Positions 7,003 through 17,454 are shown, counted from the first letter of the stretch. The stretch is 64,000 nucleotides of DNA from Thermoanaerobaculia bacterium (GCA_035276475.1 DATELQ010000052.1:67-64066), one strand, 5' to 3'. Made by a program: numbers and translations. The notes: generated by a model not told the origin, from the letters alone.

Positions 7003-9564
7003 GTGAAGAAGCTCCTGCTCTGGCTTGTCATCATTCTCATTCTCATCGTCGCCGGTCTGGCGATCTACTCCCGTTTCCGCAAGCTCTTCCCCGAGCCCAA
7101 CACGCAGAAAGACGAAGCGATGCTCGCCGGCCGCGACGCCAAGAGCATGCCGGGCGCGGACGAGGACTACTACCACGACATGGACTACGGCTTGACCAAC
7201 AACGCCGAGGCCGTGCGCGCGGCGGTCGATCCGTACATCCATGGCATCAGCGCCGCCGACGCCGTCAAAGCCGTCGCCATCGGCCGCAACAACTGGGTCG
7301 TCTGGACCGGCGGCAACGACCGCCTGTGGGACAAGCTCAACGCCTCGAGCGTCGGCAACCTCGACCTCCTGAAGACCATCTCCAACGCCGGCCCGTACAC
7401 GCGCGACAACCGCTGGACGTGGTACGGCCTCGTCAACGAGCCGTGCTACAAGAAAAACACCGCGCCGCGCGCCGACCGCTGGGGCCTCGTCCTCGATGTC
7501 TGGGACGACGCCAACCCCGACTGCAAGACTCACGATCCGTTCGAGAACGAGCAGAAGTACCCGGGCGTGAAGTACGGCGCGCGCGGCACCGGCAAGCTGG
7601 CCCTCGGCTCGTACTACGGCTACGGCACCGGCATCGTCGGACTGCGCCTCTTCCCGAACCCTGCCTTCGACGAGAAGGCGCAGGCGGCGTGGGACGCGAA
7701 GCGCTACTACGACGACCCGAGCTACTACAACCGCGCCGACCTCGTGAAGCCGTACCGCGTCGGCATGTCGTGCGGCTTCTGCCACGTCGGCCCAAACCCG
7801 TCGAATCCTCCGGCCGATCCGGAGAACCCGAAGTGGGAGAACCTCAACAGCAATCCGGGCGCGCAGTACTTCTGGATCTCGCGCATCTTCATGTCGGACT
7901 ACCACAACGTCCAGCAGAGCTTCGTCTGGCAGCTCTTCAACACCTCGCGTCCGGGCGCGCTCGACACCTCGCTCGTCTCCTCCGACGAGATCAACAACCC
8001 GCGCACCATGAACGCCATCTACAACCTGAAGGCGCGCGCGGAGATCGCCACGAAGTGGGGTGCCGAGAAGCTCGCCGGCGGTGGCCTCGACAACAAGCAG
8101 TTCAACGACTACGTCCCGCCGCTTTCGCAGCCCACGCTGCTCACGGCGATGTGGGACAAGGGGACGAACACCGGCCTCACCACGCACGTGCTCAAGGATG
8201 GCGCCGACTCGGTCGGAGCCCTGGGCGCGTTGAACCGCGTCTATCTCAACATCGGTCTCTTCAGCGAAGACTGGACGACGCACTTCATCCCGCTCATCGG
8301 CGGGCCGAAGACGAGCCCGATCGAGATCAAGTACTGCCGCGCCGCGTCGAACTACTGGAACGCGAACGAGCTGCAGACGCCCTACACCGGCCTATTCTTC
8401 ATGGTCACGGCGAAGCCCGACTACCTCGCCAAGGCGCCGGGCGGCTCGGCATTCATGGCCGACGCCGCGCTCGTCCCGCAGGGGAAAGTCGTCTTCGCCG
8501 AGCGCTGCGCGCGCTGCCACTCCAGCAAGCAGCCCGACAAAGTCTTCCAAACCTACTTCAAGGCGGGATGCATCGGCCCCGACTACCTGAAGTGCTGGAA
8601 CGACTACTGGAACTACACGAAAACGCCGGAGTACAAGGCGGCCATCACGGAGATCGTCAACAAGCCGGACTTCCTCGACGACAACTTCCTCTCCACCGAA
8701 GTGCGCGTACCGGTGACGCTCCTCGAGACCAACGCGTGCAGCCCGCTGGCCACCAACGCCATCCGCGGCGACATTTGGGACAACTTCTCCTCCGAGTCGT
8801 ACAAGAACCTCCCCGCCGTCGGCAACGTCACGGTGCACGATCCTTACACCTACCAGCCGAAGGAGTACGCGATGCCGGCGGGCGGCCGCGGCTACACGCG
8901 CCCGGCGTCGCTCATCAGCCTCTGGTCCACCGCGCCGTTCCTGCAGAACAACAGCGTCGGCCACTTCGAGCCGAGCGGCTCGGTCAAGGACCGCATGAGC
9001 TCCTTCGACGACGCCATCCACCAGATGCTCTGGCCGGAGACGCGACTGGCGAACCCGGCAGGGGCGATGTTCGTGACGAAGTCGGGGAAGATGGCGCCGG
9101 GCTGGATCGACACGACCACGGAGCAGAGCCGCCTCAACGTCCCACGCGGCTATCTGCCGCCGCAGCTCGTCGCGGTCGGCACTCCGTTCCGCGGTCTCCT
9201 CGAGAAGTTCTTCCCCAACACCTTCAACAAGGAGGGGCTGAGCATCGGGCCGATCCCGAAGGGAACACCCATCAACCTGCTGTCGAACCTCAACGTCGGG
9301 CCGGACGGCTTCGACGCCACCGTCCCCGTCGTGAAGAAGATGATCAAGGCCTTCAAGTCGCTGCCGCCGAATGCGACGGACGAGCAGGTGCGCGCGACCT
9401 TCAAGCCGCTCGTGCCCGATATGCTGAGCGTCAGCAAGTGCACCGACTTCGTCGTCAACCGCGGCCACTACTTCGGCACCGACTTCCTGCCGGGGAGCGA
9501 AGGTGAGCCGGGCCTGACCGACGATCAGAAGAAGGCGCTCATCGCGTTCCTGAAGACGTTCTGA
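7003..9564 (+). CDS. Large di-haem cytochrome c (RoxA/bCCP-MauG-superfamily-like), N-terminal TM anchor
   Basis: Two CxxCH motifs (CGFCH, CARCH). GYTRPASLISLWSTAPFLQNNSVG resembles the P-x-L-xx-W-x-TAP-Y-x-HNGS signature. GTG start after GGAGG. Confidence 0.85.
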   Translation: MKKLLLWLVIILILIVAGLAIYSRFRKLFPEPNTQKDEAMLAGRDAKSMPGADEDYYHDMDYGLTNNAEAVRAAVDPYIHGISAADAVKAVAIGRNNWVVWTGGNDRLWDKLNASSVGNLDLLKTISNAGPYTRDNRWTWYGLVNEPCYKKNTAPRADRWGLVLDVWDDANPDCKTHDPFENEQKYPGVKYGARGTGKLALGSYYGYGTGIVGLRLFPNPAFDEKAQAAWDAKRYYDDPSYYNRADLVKPYRVGMSCGFCHVGPNPSNPPADPENPKWENLNSNPGAQYFWISRIFMSDYHNVQQSFVWQLFNTSRPGALDTSLVSSDEINNPRTMNAIYNLKARAEIATKWGAEKLAGGGLDNKQFNDYVPPLSQPTLLTAMWDKGTNTGLTTHVLKDGADSVGALGALNRVYLNIGLFSEDWTTHFIPLIGGPKTSPIEIKYCRAASNYWNANELQTPYTGLFFMVTAKPDYLAKAPGGSAFMADAALVPQGKVVFAERCARCHSSKQPDKVFQTYFKAGCIGPDYLKCWNDYWNYTKTPEYKAAITEIVNKPDFLDDNFLSTEVRVPVTLLETNACSPLATNAIRGDIWDNFSSESYKNLPAVGNVTVHDPYTYQPKEYAMPAGGRGYTRPASLISLWSTAPFLQNNSVGHFEPSGSVKDRMSSFDDAIHQMLWPETRLANPAGAMFVTKSGKMAPGWIDTTTEQSRLNVPRGYLPPQLVAVGTPFRGLLEKFFPNTFNKEGLSIGPIPKGTPINLLSNLNVGPDGFDATVPVVKKMIKAFKSLPPNATDEQVRATFKPLVPDMLSVSKCTDFVVNRGHYFGTDFLPGSEGEPGLTDDQKKALIAFLKTF

Positions 9565-9575
9565 GGAGGGATCGG

Positions 9576-11435
9576 TTGGAAGAGCGGTCGTACGAATACA
9601 TCGTCGTCGGATCGGGGGCGGGTGGCGGCACGGTCGCCGCCCGCCTCGCGGAGTACGGGCACACGGTGCTGCTGCTCGAAGCGGGCGGCGACCCGAAGAA
9701 GCTCTCCGGCGGCGACCCACCCTACCCGACCGAGAACCGTCTCCCCGACGACTACGACGTCCCCTGCTTCCACGCCTTCGCGTCAGAGAACGACGCCATG
9801 AAGTGGGACTTCTTCGTCCGGCATTACAAGGATGACGCGCTGCAGCGGAAGGACCTGAAGGTCGTGGAGACGCCCGAGGGCCCGCGCATTCTCTACCCGC
9901 GCGCCGGCACCCTCGGCGGCTGCACCGCGCACAACGCGCAGATCACCATCTACCCGCACAACAAAGACTGGGACGACATCGCCCAGCTCACCGGCGACCG
10001 CTCCTGGTCCGCCGGCAACATGCGCAAGTACTTCCAGCGCCTCGAGAACTGCCATCACCGCAAGATCTGGCGCTGGATCTACAACCTCACCCGCATCAAT
10101 CCGACGCGGCACGGCTTTCGCGGCTGGCTCAATACCGAAAAAGCCATTCCCGACGCGGCGGTCGAGGATGAAGACCTCGACAAGTTCCTCATCAAGTCGA
10201 TCGCCGCCTGCGAGAAGAACCTCAACTCCCCCTTCATCGAGCGCCTGAAGTGGTCGCTCCTCGGCAAGGGCGACGCGAACGACTGGCGCCTCGTGCAGGA
10301 GGACTCGACCGGCATCCGCTACATCCCGCTGGCGACGAACAACCACGCCCGCAACAGTCCGCGCGAGCGCGTGCTCGACGTGATGAAGCGGCATCCCGAC
10401 AAACTCTTCGTCGAGCTCGAGGCCCTCGCGGCGCGCGTCCTCTTCGACGACACGAACAAGGCCACCGGCGTGGAGTATCTGAAGGGCGCGCGTCTGTACC
10501 GCGCGTCAAAGGACCCGAACGGCGGCGGTGTGCCGATGAGAGTCACCGCCACGCGCGAAGTCATCCTCGCCGGCGGCGTCTACAACTCCCCGCAGCTCCT
10601 CATGCTCTCGGGCATCGGCCCGCGCGAGCACCTCGCGCACTTCGGCATCGCCTGCCGGCACGACCTCCCCGCCGTCGGCACGAACCTCCAGGACCGCTAC
10701 GAAGTCGGCGTCGTCAACCGCATGAGCTTCCCCGAGTGGTGGCTCCTCAAGGGCGCGAAGTTCCACGCCGGCGATCCGCAGTACAACGAGTGGAAGAACA
10801 AGCGCAACGGCGCCTACATCACCAACGGCGGCGTCGTCGCCGTCATCAAGAAGTCGTTCGACCAACGGCCGCTCCCCGACCTCTTCATCTTCGCCCTTCT
10901 CGGCAAGTTCTACGGCTACTTTCCCCAGTACTCGAAGCAGTTCCTCCCGCCGAACCTCAACTACCTCACCTGGTGCATCCTCAAGGCCCACACGCAGAAC
11001 TGCGCCGGCACGGTAGGGCTGAAGTCCCCCGACCCGCGCGACACGCCCGACATCGACTTCTGCTACTTCCAGGAGGGGACCGACAAGGGCGAGCAGGACC
11101 TCGCCTCCGTTGTGGAGGGCGTGAACTTCGTCCGCTCCGTCACCGCGCCGCTGCGCAAGAAGGGCCTCATCGCCGAGGAGGAGCTGCCGGGCGAGCACGT
11201 CAAGACCCAGGCCGAGATCGCCGACTTCGTCAAGTACAACGCCTGGGGCCATCACGCTTCGTGCACCTGTCCGATCGGCCAGGTCGTCGACAAAGACTTC
11301 CAGGTCTACGGCACGCGCGGGCTGCGCATCGTCGACGCATCGGTGTTCCCGAAGATCCCCGGGTTCTTCATCGTCAGTTCCGTCTACACCATCGGAGAGA
11401 AGGCCGCCGACGTCATTCACGAGGCTGCAAAATGA
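9576..11435 (+). CDS. GMC family oxidoreductase
   Basis: [10 protein letters not shown] (FAD binding), [55 protein letters not shown]. Confidence 0.93.
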   Translation: MEERSYEYIVVGSGAGGGTVAARLAEYGHTVLLLEAGGDPKKLSGGDPPYPTENRLPDDYDVPCFHAFASENDAMKWDFFVRHYKDDALQRKDLKVVETPEGPRILYPRAGTLGGCTAHNAQITIYPHNKDWDDIAQLTGDRSWSAGNMRKYFQRLENCHHRKIWRWIYNLTRINPTRHGFRGWLNTEKAIPDAAVEDEDLDKFLIKSIAACEKNLNSPFIERLKWSLLGKGDANDWRLVQEDSTGIRYIPLATNNHARNSPRERVLDVMKRHPDKLFVELEALAARVLFDDTNKATGVEYLKGARLYRASKDPNGGGVPMRVTATREVILAGGVYNSPQLLMLSGIGPREHLAHFGIACRHDLPAVGTNLQDRYEVGVVNRMSFPEWWLLKGAKFHAGDPQYNEWKNKRNGAYITNGGVVAVIKKSFDQRPLPDLFIFALLGKFYGYFPQYSKQFLPPNLNYLTWCILKAHTQNCAGTVGLKSPDPRDTPDIDFCYFQEGTDKGEQDLASVVEGVNFVRSVTAPLRKKGLIAEEELPGEHVKTQAEIADFVKYNAWGHHASCTCPIGQVVDKDFQVYGTRGLRIVDASVFPKIPGFFIVSSVYTIGEKAADVIHEAAK

Positions 11436-12457
11436 GCAATTACGGCATCGAAGGCGTTGTCGACGACGACCGCCGCTACGCCGGCACGCGCTACGCCGAG
11501 GTACGCGACGCGATGTTCGCGAACCCGTACTCGCGTCCCTACCCGATCGCGCCGCTCACGCTGTGGAGTTTGCTGCGCGGCATCCTGCCGTTCGGCCAAC
11601 CGTGGCACTTCCTCGCTGCCGCGCGCCGCACGGTCGCCTCGGAGGCCGAGCTCCGCTGGGGTCCGGACCGCAAAGGCTTTCGCCGCCTCCTCCACCCGAA
11701 CGGCATCTGCATGACCGGCGTGTGGGAGATCACCGAGGAGACGCCGTACAGCGGCTACTTCCGGAAAGGGAGCCGCGCCCTCGTCATGGCGCGCTACTCG
11801 ACGTCTGCGGAGACGCGGCGCGGCAACACGCGCTCCCTGGCGATGGTCGGCCGTGTCTACCCGACCACCGATCCGAACGATCCCCGCCCGCTGCGCAGCG
11901 CCAGCTTCATCACCCAGGAGGACATCGGCGGCGCCTACAGCCGGACGATCAACGAGGCCGTGCTGCGCAACGCCCCGAACGTCACCGCCTCGCGCCGCGG
12001 CTGGGGGGCGCCGGCGTTTGCCGTGACCGGACTCGTTCTCGGCATCGCTGACAAGAAGAACACCATCCGGCAGGTCTACGAGATCGCGGAGCTCGGGAAG
12101 CCCGACGGCGAGCCGACGCGCGCGCCGGAGTTCATGCAGCTCCTCGTCTCGCCCGACCAGCCGGTGATACCAGGCGAGACCCTCGACGTCCGCGACGAGA
12201 TCATGGCCCAGATCTACGAGACGGCGAAGCGGAGCCTGACCTTCCGCATCGAGACCTCGGATACCGGGGTCACGAAAGGACCCGGTTTCTACCAGCGACG
12301 CACGATCACCAACTGGCGGCAGATCGGAACCCTCACGTTCGACGCCGCCGTCGCCTCGTACAACGGCGACCACGTCTTCCACGCGAACCACCCGCCGTGG
12401 CGGCGCGACCGCAACGATCCCTCGACTGCACACCGGCGGCGGCTGTCCGACCGCTGA
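11432..12457 (+). CDS. Catalase-fold (catalase-related) haem protein
   Basis: 341 aa with an ATGA overlap on the GMC stop. RRLLHPNGICMTG corresponds to catalase RxxHxKG, ARYS to RFS, followed by RSLAMVGR. Confidence 0.65.
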   Translation: MSNYGIEGVVDDDRRYAGTRYAEVRDAMFANPYSRPYPIAPLTLWSLLRGILPFGQPWHFLAAARRTVASEAELRWGPDRKGFRRLLHPNGICMTGVWEITEETPYSGYFRKGSRALVMARYSTSAETRRGNTRSLAMVGRVYPTTDPNDPRPLRSASFITQEDIGGAYSRTINEAVLRNAPNVTASRRGWGAPAFAVTGLVLGIADKKNTIRQVYEIAELGKPDGEPTRAPEFMQLLVSPDQPVIPGETLDVRDEIMAQIYETAKRSLTFRIETSDTGVTKGPGFYQRRTITNWRQIGTLTFDAAVASYNGDHVFHANHPPWRRDRNDPSTAHRRRLSDR

Positions 12458-12528
12458 AACGAATCGTTCTTTGGCGTCACTAAATCTCGTGAAGGGAGGG
12501 TAGGGAAATGCCGTTCCCGCGCCACTCC

Positions 12529-12563
12529 TATACTGAATTCCGTCTCAAATCGGTCGAAGGAGG
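12529..12563 (+). promoter_or_regulatory. Candidate -10 (TATACT) plus duplicated leader/RBS
   Basis: TATACT at 12529-12534, followed by the same leader blocks as 6965-6995. Confidence 0.55.
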
Positions 12564-12569
12564 GTCACC

Positions 12570-15080
12570 TTGAAGAAGCTCTACTCATGGATTGTCCTCA
12601 TCGCGGTCGTCATGGTCGGGCTCAGTTGCAAGCACGTCCCCGGTCAGCCGCGGCCGAACACGCAGCAGGACGAAGCGATGCGCGCCGGGCGCTCGCCGGA
12701 GAGCCTCAAAGGCTCCGACGACGACTACCTCGGCGACATGGACAACGGCCTGACCCGGGACCCCGAGGCCGCGCGCCGGGAGATGATCCCCTACCTCGGC
12801 CCGAACGTCACCGGCGCCGAGGCCGTGCGCCACATCGCCATCGGCCGGAACAACTGGATCGTCTGGACCGCCGGCAACGACGTCCTGTGGGACCGCCTGA
12901 ACCGCGACAGCAAGGGCGCCCTCGACCTCCTCAAGACGGTCTCGAACCTTCCGAACTACAACCGCAGCAACCGCTGGAACTGGTACGGCCTGGTCAACGA
13001 GCCGTGCTACAAGAAGAACACCGAGCCGCGCGCCGACCGCTGGGGCCTCCGCCTCGACGTCCGCGACCCGAACTGCGCCCCCGACCCGTTCGAGAACGAG
13101 GCGAAATACCCGGGCGTGAAGATCGGCGCGCGCGGCAAGGGGAAGGTCGAAGTCGGCTCCTACTACGGCTACGGCACCGGCATCATGGGGCTGCGGCTCT
13201 TCCCGAATCCCGACTTCGACGAGAAGGCGCAGGCGGCGTGGGACCCGAAGCGCTATTACGAAGATAAGGACTACTACAGCCGCGCCGACCTCATTAAGCC
13301 GTACCGCGTCGGCATGTCGTGCGGCTTCTGCCACGTCGGCCCGAACCCCTCGAACCCGCCGGCGGACCCGGAGAACCCGACCTTCGCGAACCTGAACGGC
13401 AACCCCGGCGCGCAGTACTTCTGGATCTCGCGCATCTTCATGTTCGATCAGGATAAGTCGAGCTTCGTCTGGCAGCTCTTCAACACCTCGCGTCCGGGCG
13501 CGCTCGACACGTCGCTCGTCTCCTCCGACGAGATCAACAACCCGCGCACCATGAACGCGGTCTACAACCTCCACGCGCGCCTGATGCTCGGGTACAAGTA
13601 CGGCGCGGAGAAGCTCGCCGCCGGCGGCAGCGCGAACAACAAGCAGCTCAACGACTACGCCCCGCCGCTGACGGACCTGGTCAAGTCCTTCTATGACCCG
13701 AAGACGACCACGGCGTACACCACGCACGTCCTCAAGGACGGCGCGGACTCGGTCGGCGCCTTGGGCGCGCTCAACCGCGTCTACCTCAACATCGGTCTCT
13801 TCAGCGAGGACTGGATGACGCACTTCATCCCGCTCGTCGGCGGGCCGATCACCAGTCCGATCGAGATCGCCTACTGCCGCAAGGCCTCGAATTACTGGAA
13901 CGCGAACGAGATGCAGACGCCCGACGTGGCCCTTTACTTCCTCGCCACAGCGAAGCCCGACTACCTCGCCAAGGCGCCGGGCCACGAGAAGTACCTCGCC
14001 GACGACTACCTCGTCCCCCGCGGCAAGGAAGTCTTCGCCGAGCGCTGCGCGCGCTGCCACTCCAGCAAATTGCCGGAGAAGGTCGCCACGAATTACATGA
14101 AGCCCGGCTGCATCGGCGCGAATTACCTGAAGTGCTGGGACGACTACTGGGCTTACACCAAGACCGCCGAGTTCAAGAACGAGATGAAGGAGATCGTCAG
14201 CCGGCCGGACTTCCTCGACGACAACTACCTCTCGACAGAGTTCCGCGTCCCGGTGACGCTCATGGAGACCAACGCCTGCAGCCCGCTGGCGACGAACGCC
14301 CTCGCCGGCGACATCTGGGACAACTTCTCCTCGCAGTCGTACAAGGAGCTCCCCGCGGTCGGCACGATCACCGTGCACGACCCGTACACCTACGAGCCGA
14401 AGCAGTACACGATGCCCGGCGGCGGCCGCGGCTACACGCGTCCGGCGTCGCTGATCAGCCTCTGGTCGACCGCGCCGTTCATGCAGAACAACAGCGTCGG
14501 TCCGTTCATGTGGACCGGCTCCGTCGCCGACCGTATGACGTCGTTCGACGAGTCGATCAACCAGATGCTCTGGCCGGAGCGGCGCAAGTCGAACCCGCCG
14601 GGGGCGATGTTCGTGACGAAGTCCGGGAAGATGGCGCCGGGGTGGATCGACACGACCACCGAGCCGAGCTACCTCCGCCTCACGCCGGGCTATCTGAAGG
14701 GCGGTGAGCGCCTTCTGCTCAAGACGTTCTCCGACTACTACGACGACACGAACGGCCTGGTTGTCGGCCCGATCCCGCAGGGAACGCCGATCAACCTCCT
14801 GGCAAACCTGAACGTCGACCCGCAGGGCTTCTCCGAGACGAAGTGGGTCGTGCTGAAAATGTTGAAGGCGCTGCCGAAGGGCGGACACCCGACCGAGGAT
14901 GAGATGCGCACTGCGTTCAAGCCGCTCGTCCCCGACATGCTCCGCGTCAGCAAGTGCACCGACTTCGTGGTCAACCGCGGCCACTACTTCGGCACCGACT
15001 TCCTCCCCTCCTCGGAAGGCGAGGCGGGGCTGAGCGACGCCGACAAGAACGCCCTTATCGCCTACCTCAAGCGCTTCTAG
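12570..15080 (+). CDS. Large di-haem cytochrome c, paralogue of 7003-9564, probable lipoprotein
   Basis: CGFCH and CARCH motifs; collinear with the first copy; signal peptide ending VGLSC (lipobox-like); TTG start after GAAGGAGG. Confidence 0.85.
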   Translation: MKKLYSWIVLIAVVMVGLSCKHVPGQPRPNTQQDEAMRAGRSPESLKGSDDDYLGDMDNGLTRDPEAARREMIPYLGPNVTGAEAVRHIAIGRNNWIVWTAGNDVLWDRLNRDSKGALDLLKTVSNLPNYNRSNRWNWYGLVNEPCYKKNTEPRADRWGLRLDVRDPNCAPDPFENEAKYPGVKIGARGKGKVEVGSYYGYGTGIMGLRLFPNPDFDEKAQAAWDPKRYYEDKDYYSRADLIKPYRVGMSCGFCHVGPNPSNPPADPENPTFANLNGNPGAQYFWISRIFMFDQDKSSFVWQLFNTSRPGALDTSLVSSDEINNPRTMNAVYNLHARLMLGYKYGAEKLAAGGSANNKQLNDYAPPLTDLVKSFYDPKTTTAYTTHVLKDGADSVGALGALNRVYLNIGLFSEDWMTHFIPLVGGPITSPIEIAYCRKASNYWNANEMQTPDVALYFLATAKPDYLAKAPGHEKYLADDYLVPRGKEVFAERCARCHSSKLPEKVATNYMKPGCIGANYLKCWDDYWAYTKTAEFKNEMKEIVSRPDFLDDNYLSTEFRVPVTLMETNACSPLATNALAGDIWDNFSSQSYKELPAVGTITVHDPYTYEPKQYTMPGGGRGYTRPASLISLWSTAPFMQNNSVGPFMWTGSVADRMTSFDESINQMLWPERRKSNPPGAMFVTKSGKMAPGWIDTTTEPSYLRLTPGYLKGGERLLLKTFSDYYDDTNGLVVGPIPQGTPINLLANLNVDPQGFSETKWVVLKMLKALPKGGHPTEDEMRTAFKPLVPDMLRVSKCTDFVVNRGHYFGTDFLPSSEGEAGLSDADKNALIAYLKRF

Positions 15081-15088
15081 TTTCGCCG

Positions 15089-15119
15089 GCGGGTCGTGGG
15101 TCAGAACCCCACGACCCGC
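15089..15119. terminator. 12-bp hairpin at a convergent gene junction
   Basis: GCGGGTCGTGGG-tcagaac-CCCACGACCCGC; no clear U-tract. Confidence 0.4.
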
Positions 15120-16156
15120 TGCAGCGTCCAGAACACTCCGGTCGCGGCAATCATCATCGAGGCCGGCACGACGAAGCGCGGACGGTACCAGTCGCGCTGC
15201 CGGAACCAAGCCGCCACCAGCAGATAGGCGGTGACGACGACGGCGAGCTGCGCGAGCTCGATGCCGACGTTGAAGCTGACGAGCGCCGGCACGAACTCGC
15301 CGCGCGGGAGCTGCAGCTCGCGCAGGACGCCGGCGAAGCCCATGCCGTGCAGCAGGCCGAAGGCGAAGACGACGGCGGGGCGCCACGGCTTGAGCTCCGT
15401 CGTGACGACGTTCTCGACGGCAACGTAGGCGATGGAGATGGCGATGAGCGGCTCGACGATGCGCGACGGCAGCGAGACGACGCCGTACATCGTCAGCCCA
15501 AGGGTGATGGAGTGCGCGATCGTGAACGCCGTGACCTGCGTGAGGATCGGCCGCAGCCGCGTGGTCAGAAGAAAAATGCCGAGGATGAAAAGGATGTGGT
15601 CGAGCCCCCGCGGGAGGATGTGCTGAAAGCCGAGGACGAGGTACTGCTGGATCACGTGCGCCCGCGTCGGCGGCGCCGTTCGGGCGAGCGGTAGGGGCGC
15701 ACAGCGTGCGCCCCCCTCGACCCAAATCGTCCTCTCATCGAGCGTCAGCGCATACGTCGCATACGTCAGCCCGTACTCAAAGGTGACCGTCCGCGCGTTC
15801 GCCGGCACCGCCCCCGTCGCGTTCAGCACGACAAACGCCGGCCGGCTGACATCGGACGGGACCTCCAGCGCCGCAATCGCGACGTGCGCCGGCGAGGCCA
15901 CGCCATCGAACCGCACGTCGATCTCCCGCCCCACCCCTGGCAACAGCGGCGTGAGCCTCGCCCGCAGCGCCGCCGCGTCGAGCGCGCCGCTGCGCGGCTG
16001 CCCGGCGGCCACTTCGAGCTTATTGAGGAGCGACAGCGGCGCCGTCGTGATCGTCGCCGTCCAGGTCTGCCCCACGGACAGCCGCACCTGCGTCGTCCCG
16101 ATCTCGTGCGCCTGCGCGGCGCCGGCGATCAGGAGCAGCAGCAGGAATCGCTTCAC
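15101..16156 (-). CDS. HupE/UreJ family membrane protein
   Basis: Signal peptide ending AQAH; GFQHILPRGLDHILF, AFTIAHSITL, FGLLHGMGFA, FNVGIELAQL. Confidence 0.88.
   Translation of the reverse strand: MKRFLLLLLIAGAAQAHEIGTTQVRLSVGQTWTATITTAPLSLLNKLEVAAGQPRSGALDAAALRARLTPLLPGVGREIDVRFDGVASPAHVAIAALEVPSDVSRPAFVVLNATGAVPANARTVTFEYGLTYATYALTLDERTIWVEGGARCAPLPLARTAPPTRAHVIQQYLVLGFQHILPRGLDHILFILGIFLLTTRLRPILTQVTAFTIAHSITLGLTMYGVVSLPSRIVEPLIAISIAYVAVENVVTTELKPWRPAVVFAFGLLHGMGFAGVLRELQLPRGEFVPALVSFNVGIELAQLAVVVTAYLLVAAWFRQRDWYRPRFVVPASMMIAATGVFWTLQRVVGF
15691..15713 (+). repeat. GTAG-type REP-like palindrome inside the HupE/UreJ CDS
   Basis: GTAGGGGCGCAC-agc-GTGCGCCC; 22/23 identical to the copy at 54747-54769 on the minus strand. 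Confidence 0.7.
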
Positions 16157-16209
16157 GCCAGATATACGGTGGCAACGGCGGAACTGGATTCGCATTACAT
16201 TCGAGCCGT

Positions 16210-17454
16210 ATGCGCGACGCAATCGTCATCGGCGGCGGGGCCGCGGGGCTGGCCGCGACGCGCGATCTCTCCGCCGCCGGCCTCGACGTGCTCCTCCTCG
16301 AAGCCCGCAACCGCCTCGGCGGGCGCGTGCACACGCTGCACGAGGCCAATCTCCCGCTGCCGGTCGAGCTCGGGCCGGAGTTCGTGCACGGCGAGGTCGA
16401 GGAGGTCTTCCAACTCGTGCGCGGCAGCGGCGTGCTGATCGACCGCCTCCCCGACCTGCATCTGTGGAACGGCCGCGAGCGTCCCGACTTCTGGAAACGG
16501 ATCGAGCGCATCCTCGGCCGCGCTGCAAAGACGCCGCACGATGTCTCGCTCGCGGAGTTCCTCGCCAAATCGCGCATCAGCCCCTCGGATCGCAAGCTCG
16601 TCGAGATGTTCGTCGAGGGCTACCACGCCGCCGATCTCGAGAAGGTCAGCAGCCACTCCCTGGCGTCGAGCGACAGCGAGCAGCAGGACGAAAACGACTT
16701 CCCGCAGTTCCGCGTCGTCACCGGCTACGACTCGCTGCTGAACGTGATCCGCGGCGGCTTCGCGCAGGAGCACGTGGAAGTGCGGACGTCGTCGATCGTC
16801 ACGCGGATCGCCTGGCGGCGCGGCGAGGTCGAGGTAGGCGTCCGCACGCGCGCGGGCGCCGAGGAGACGCACCGCGCGCGGGCCGCCATCGTCACGCTGC
16901 CGATCGGCGTCCTGCGCTCCGACGCCATCACATGGGACCCGCGCCCGCGCAACCTCGCCGCGCTCGAGAAGCTGGAGATGGGGAACGTCTGCAAGATCGT
17001 CTTCGCCTTCCGCGAGTCGTTCTGGCCGGCGCAGACGAACTTCGTCCACGCCGCGGGGCCGGAGTTTCCGACGTGGTGGACGCACGCGCCCGCCGTCGTT
17101 CCGCTGATCACCGCCTGGACCGGCGGCCCACCCGCCGCGCGCCTTCTCGACATGAGCGAGGCGCAGCGCATCGACCGCGCCCTCGCCTCGCTGGCGAACG
17201 TGTTCGACGTGCCGCGCGCGCGGCTCGACGATCTCCTCGACAGCTGGTGGACGCACGACTGGCGCAACGACCCGCTCTCGCGCGGCGCGTACAGCTACAC
17301 GCTCGCCGGCGGCATGAGCGCGCGGAAGAAGCTCGCCGCGCCGGTGCAAAGCACGCTCTTCTTCGCCGGCGAAGCGTGCGAGGCGGAGCAGTCCGGCACC
17401 GTCGCCGGCGCCATCGCCTCGGGACGCGCCGCCGCAAAGGCCGTTCGGGCTTAG
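16210..17454 (+). CDS. Flavin monoamine oxidase family protein
   Basis: IGGGAAGLAA, LLEARNRLGGR, ELGPEFVHG, RGAYSY, FFAGEA...GTVAGAIASG. Confidence 0.9.
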   Translation: MRDAIVIGGGAAGLAATRDLSAAGLDVLLLEARNRLGGRVHTLHEANLPLPVELGPEFVHGEVEEVFQLVRGSGVLIDRLPDLHLWNGRERPDFWKRIERILGRAAKTPHDVSLAEFLAKSRISPSDRKLVEMFVEGYHAADLEKVSSHSLASSDSEQQDENDFPQFRVVTGYDSLLNVIRGGFAQEHVEVRTSSIVTRIAWRRGEVEVGVRTRAGAEETHRARAAIVTLPIGVLRSDAITWDPRPRNLAALEKLEMGNVCKIVFAFRESFWPAQTNFVHAAGPEFPTWWTHAPAVVPLITAWTGGPPAARLLDMSEAQRIDRALASLANVFDVPRARLDDLLDSWWTHDWRNDPLSRGAYSYTLAGGMSARKKLAAPVQSTLFFAGEACEAEQSGTVAGAIASGRAAAKAVRA

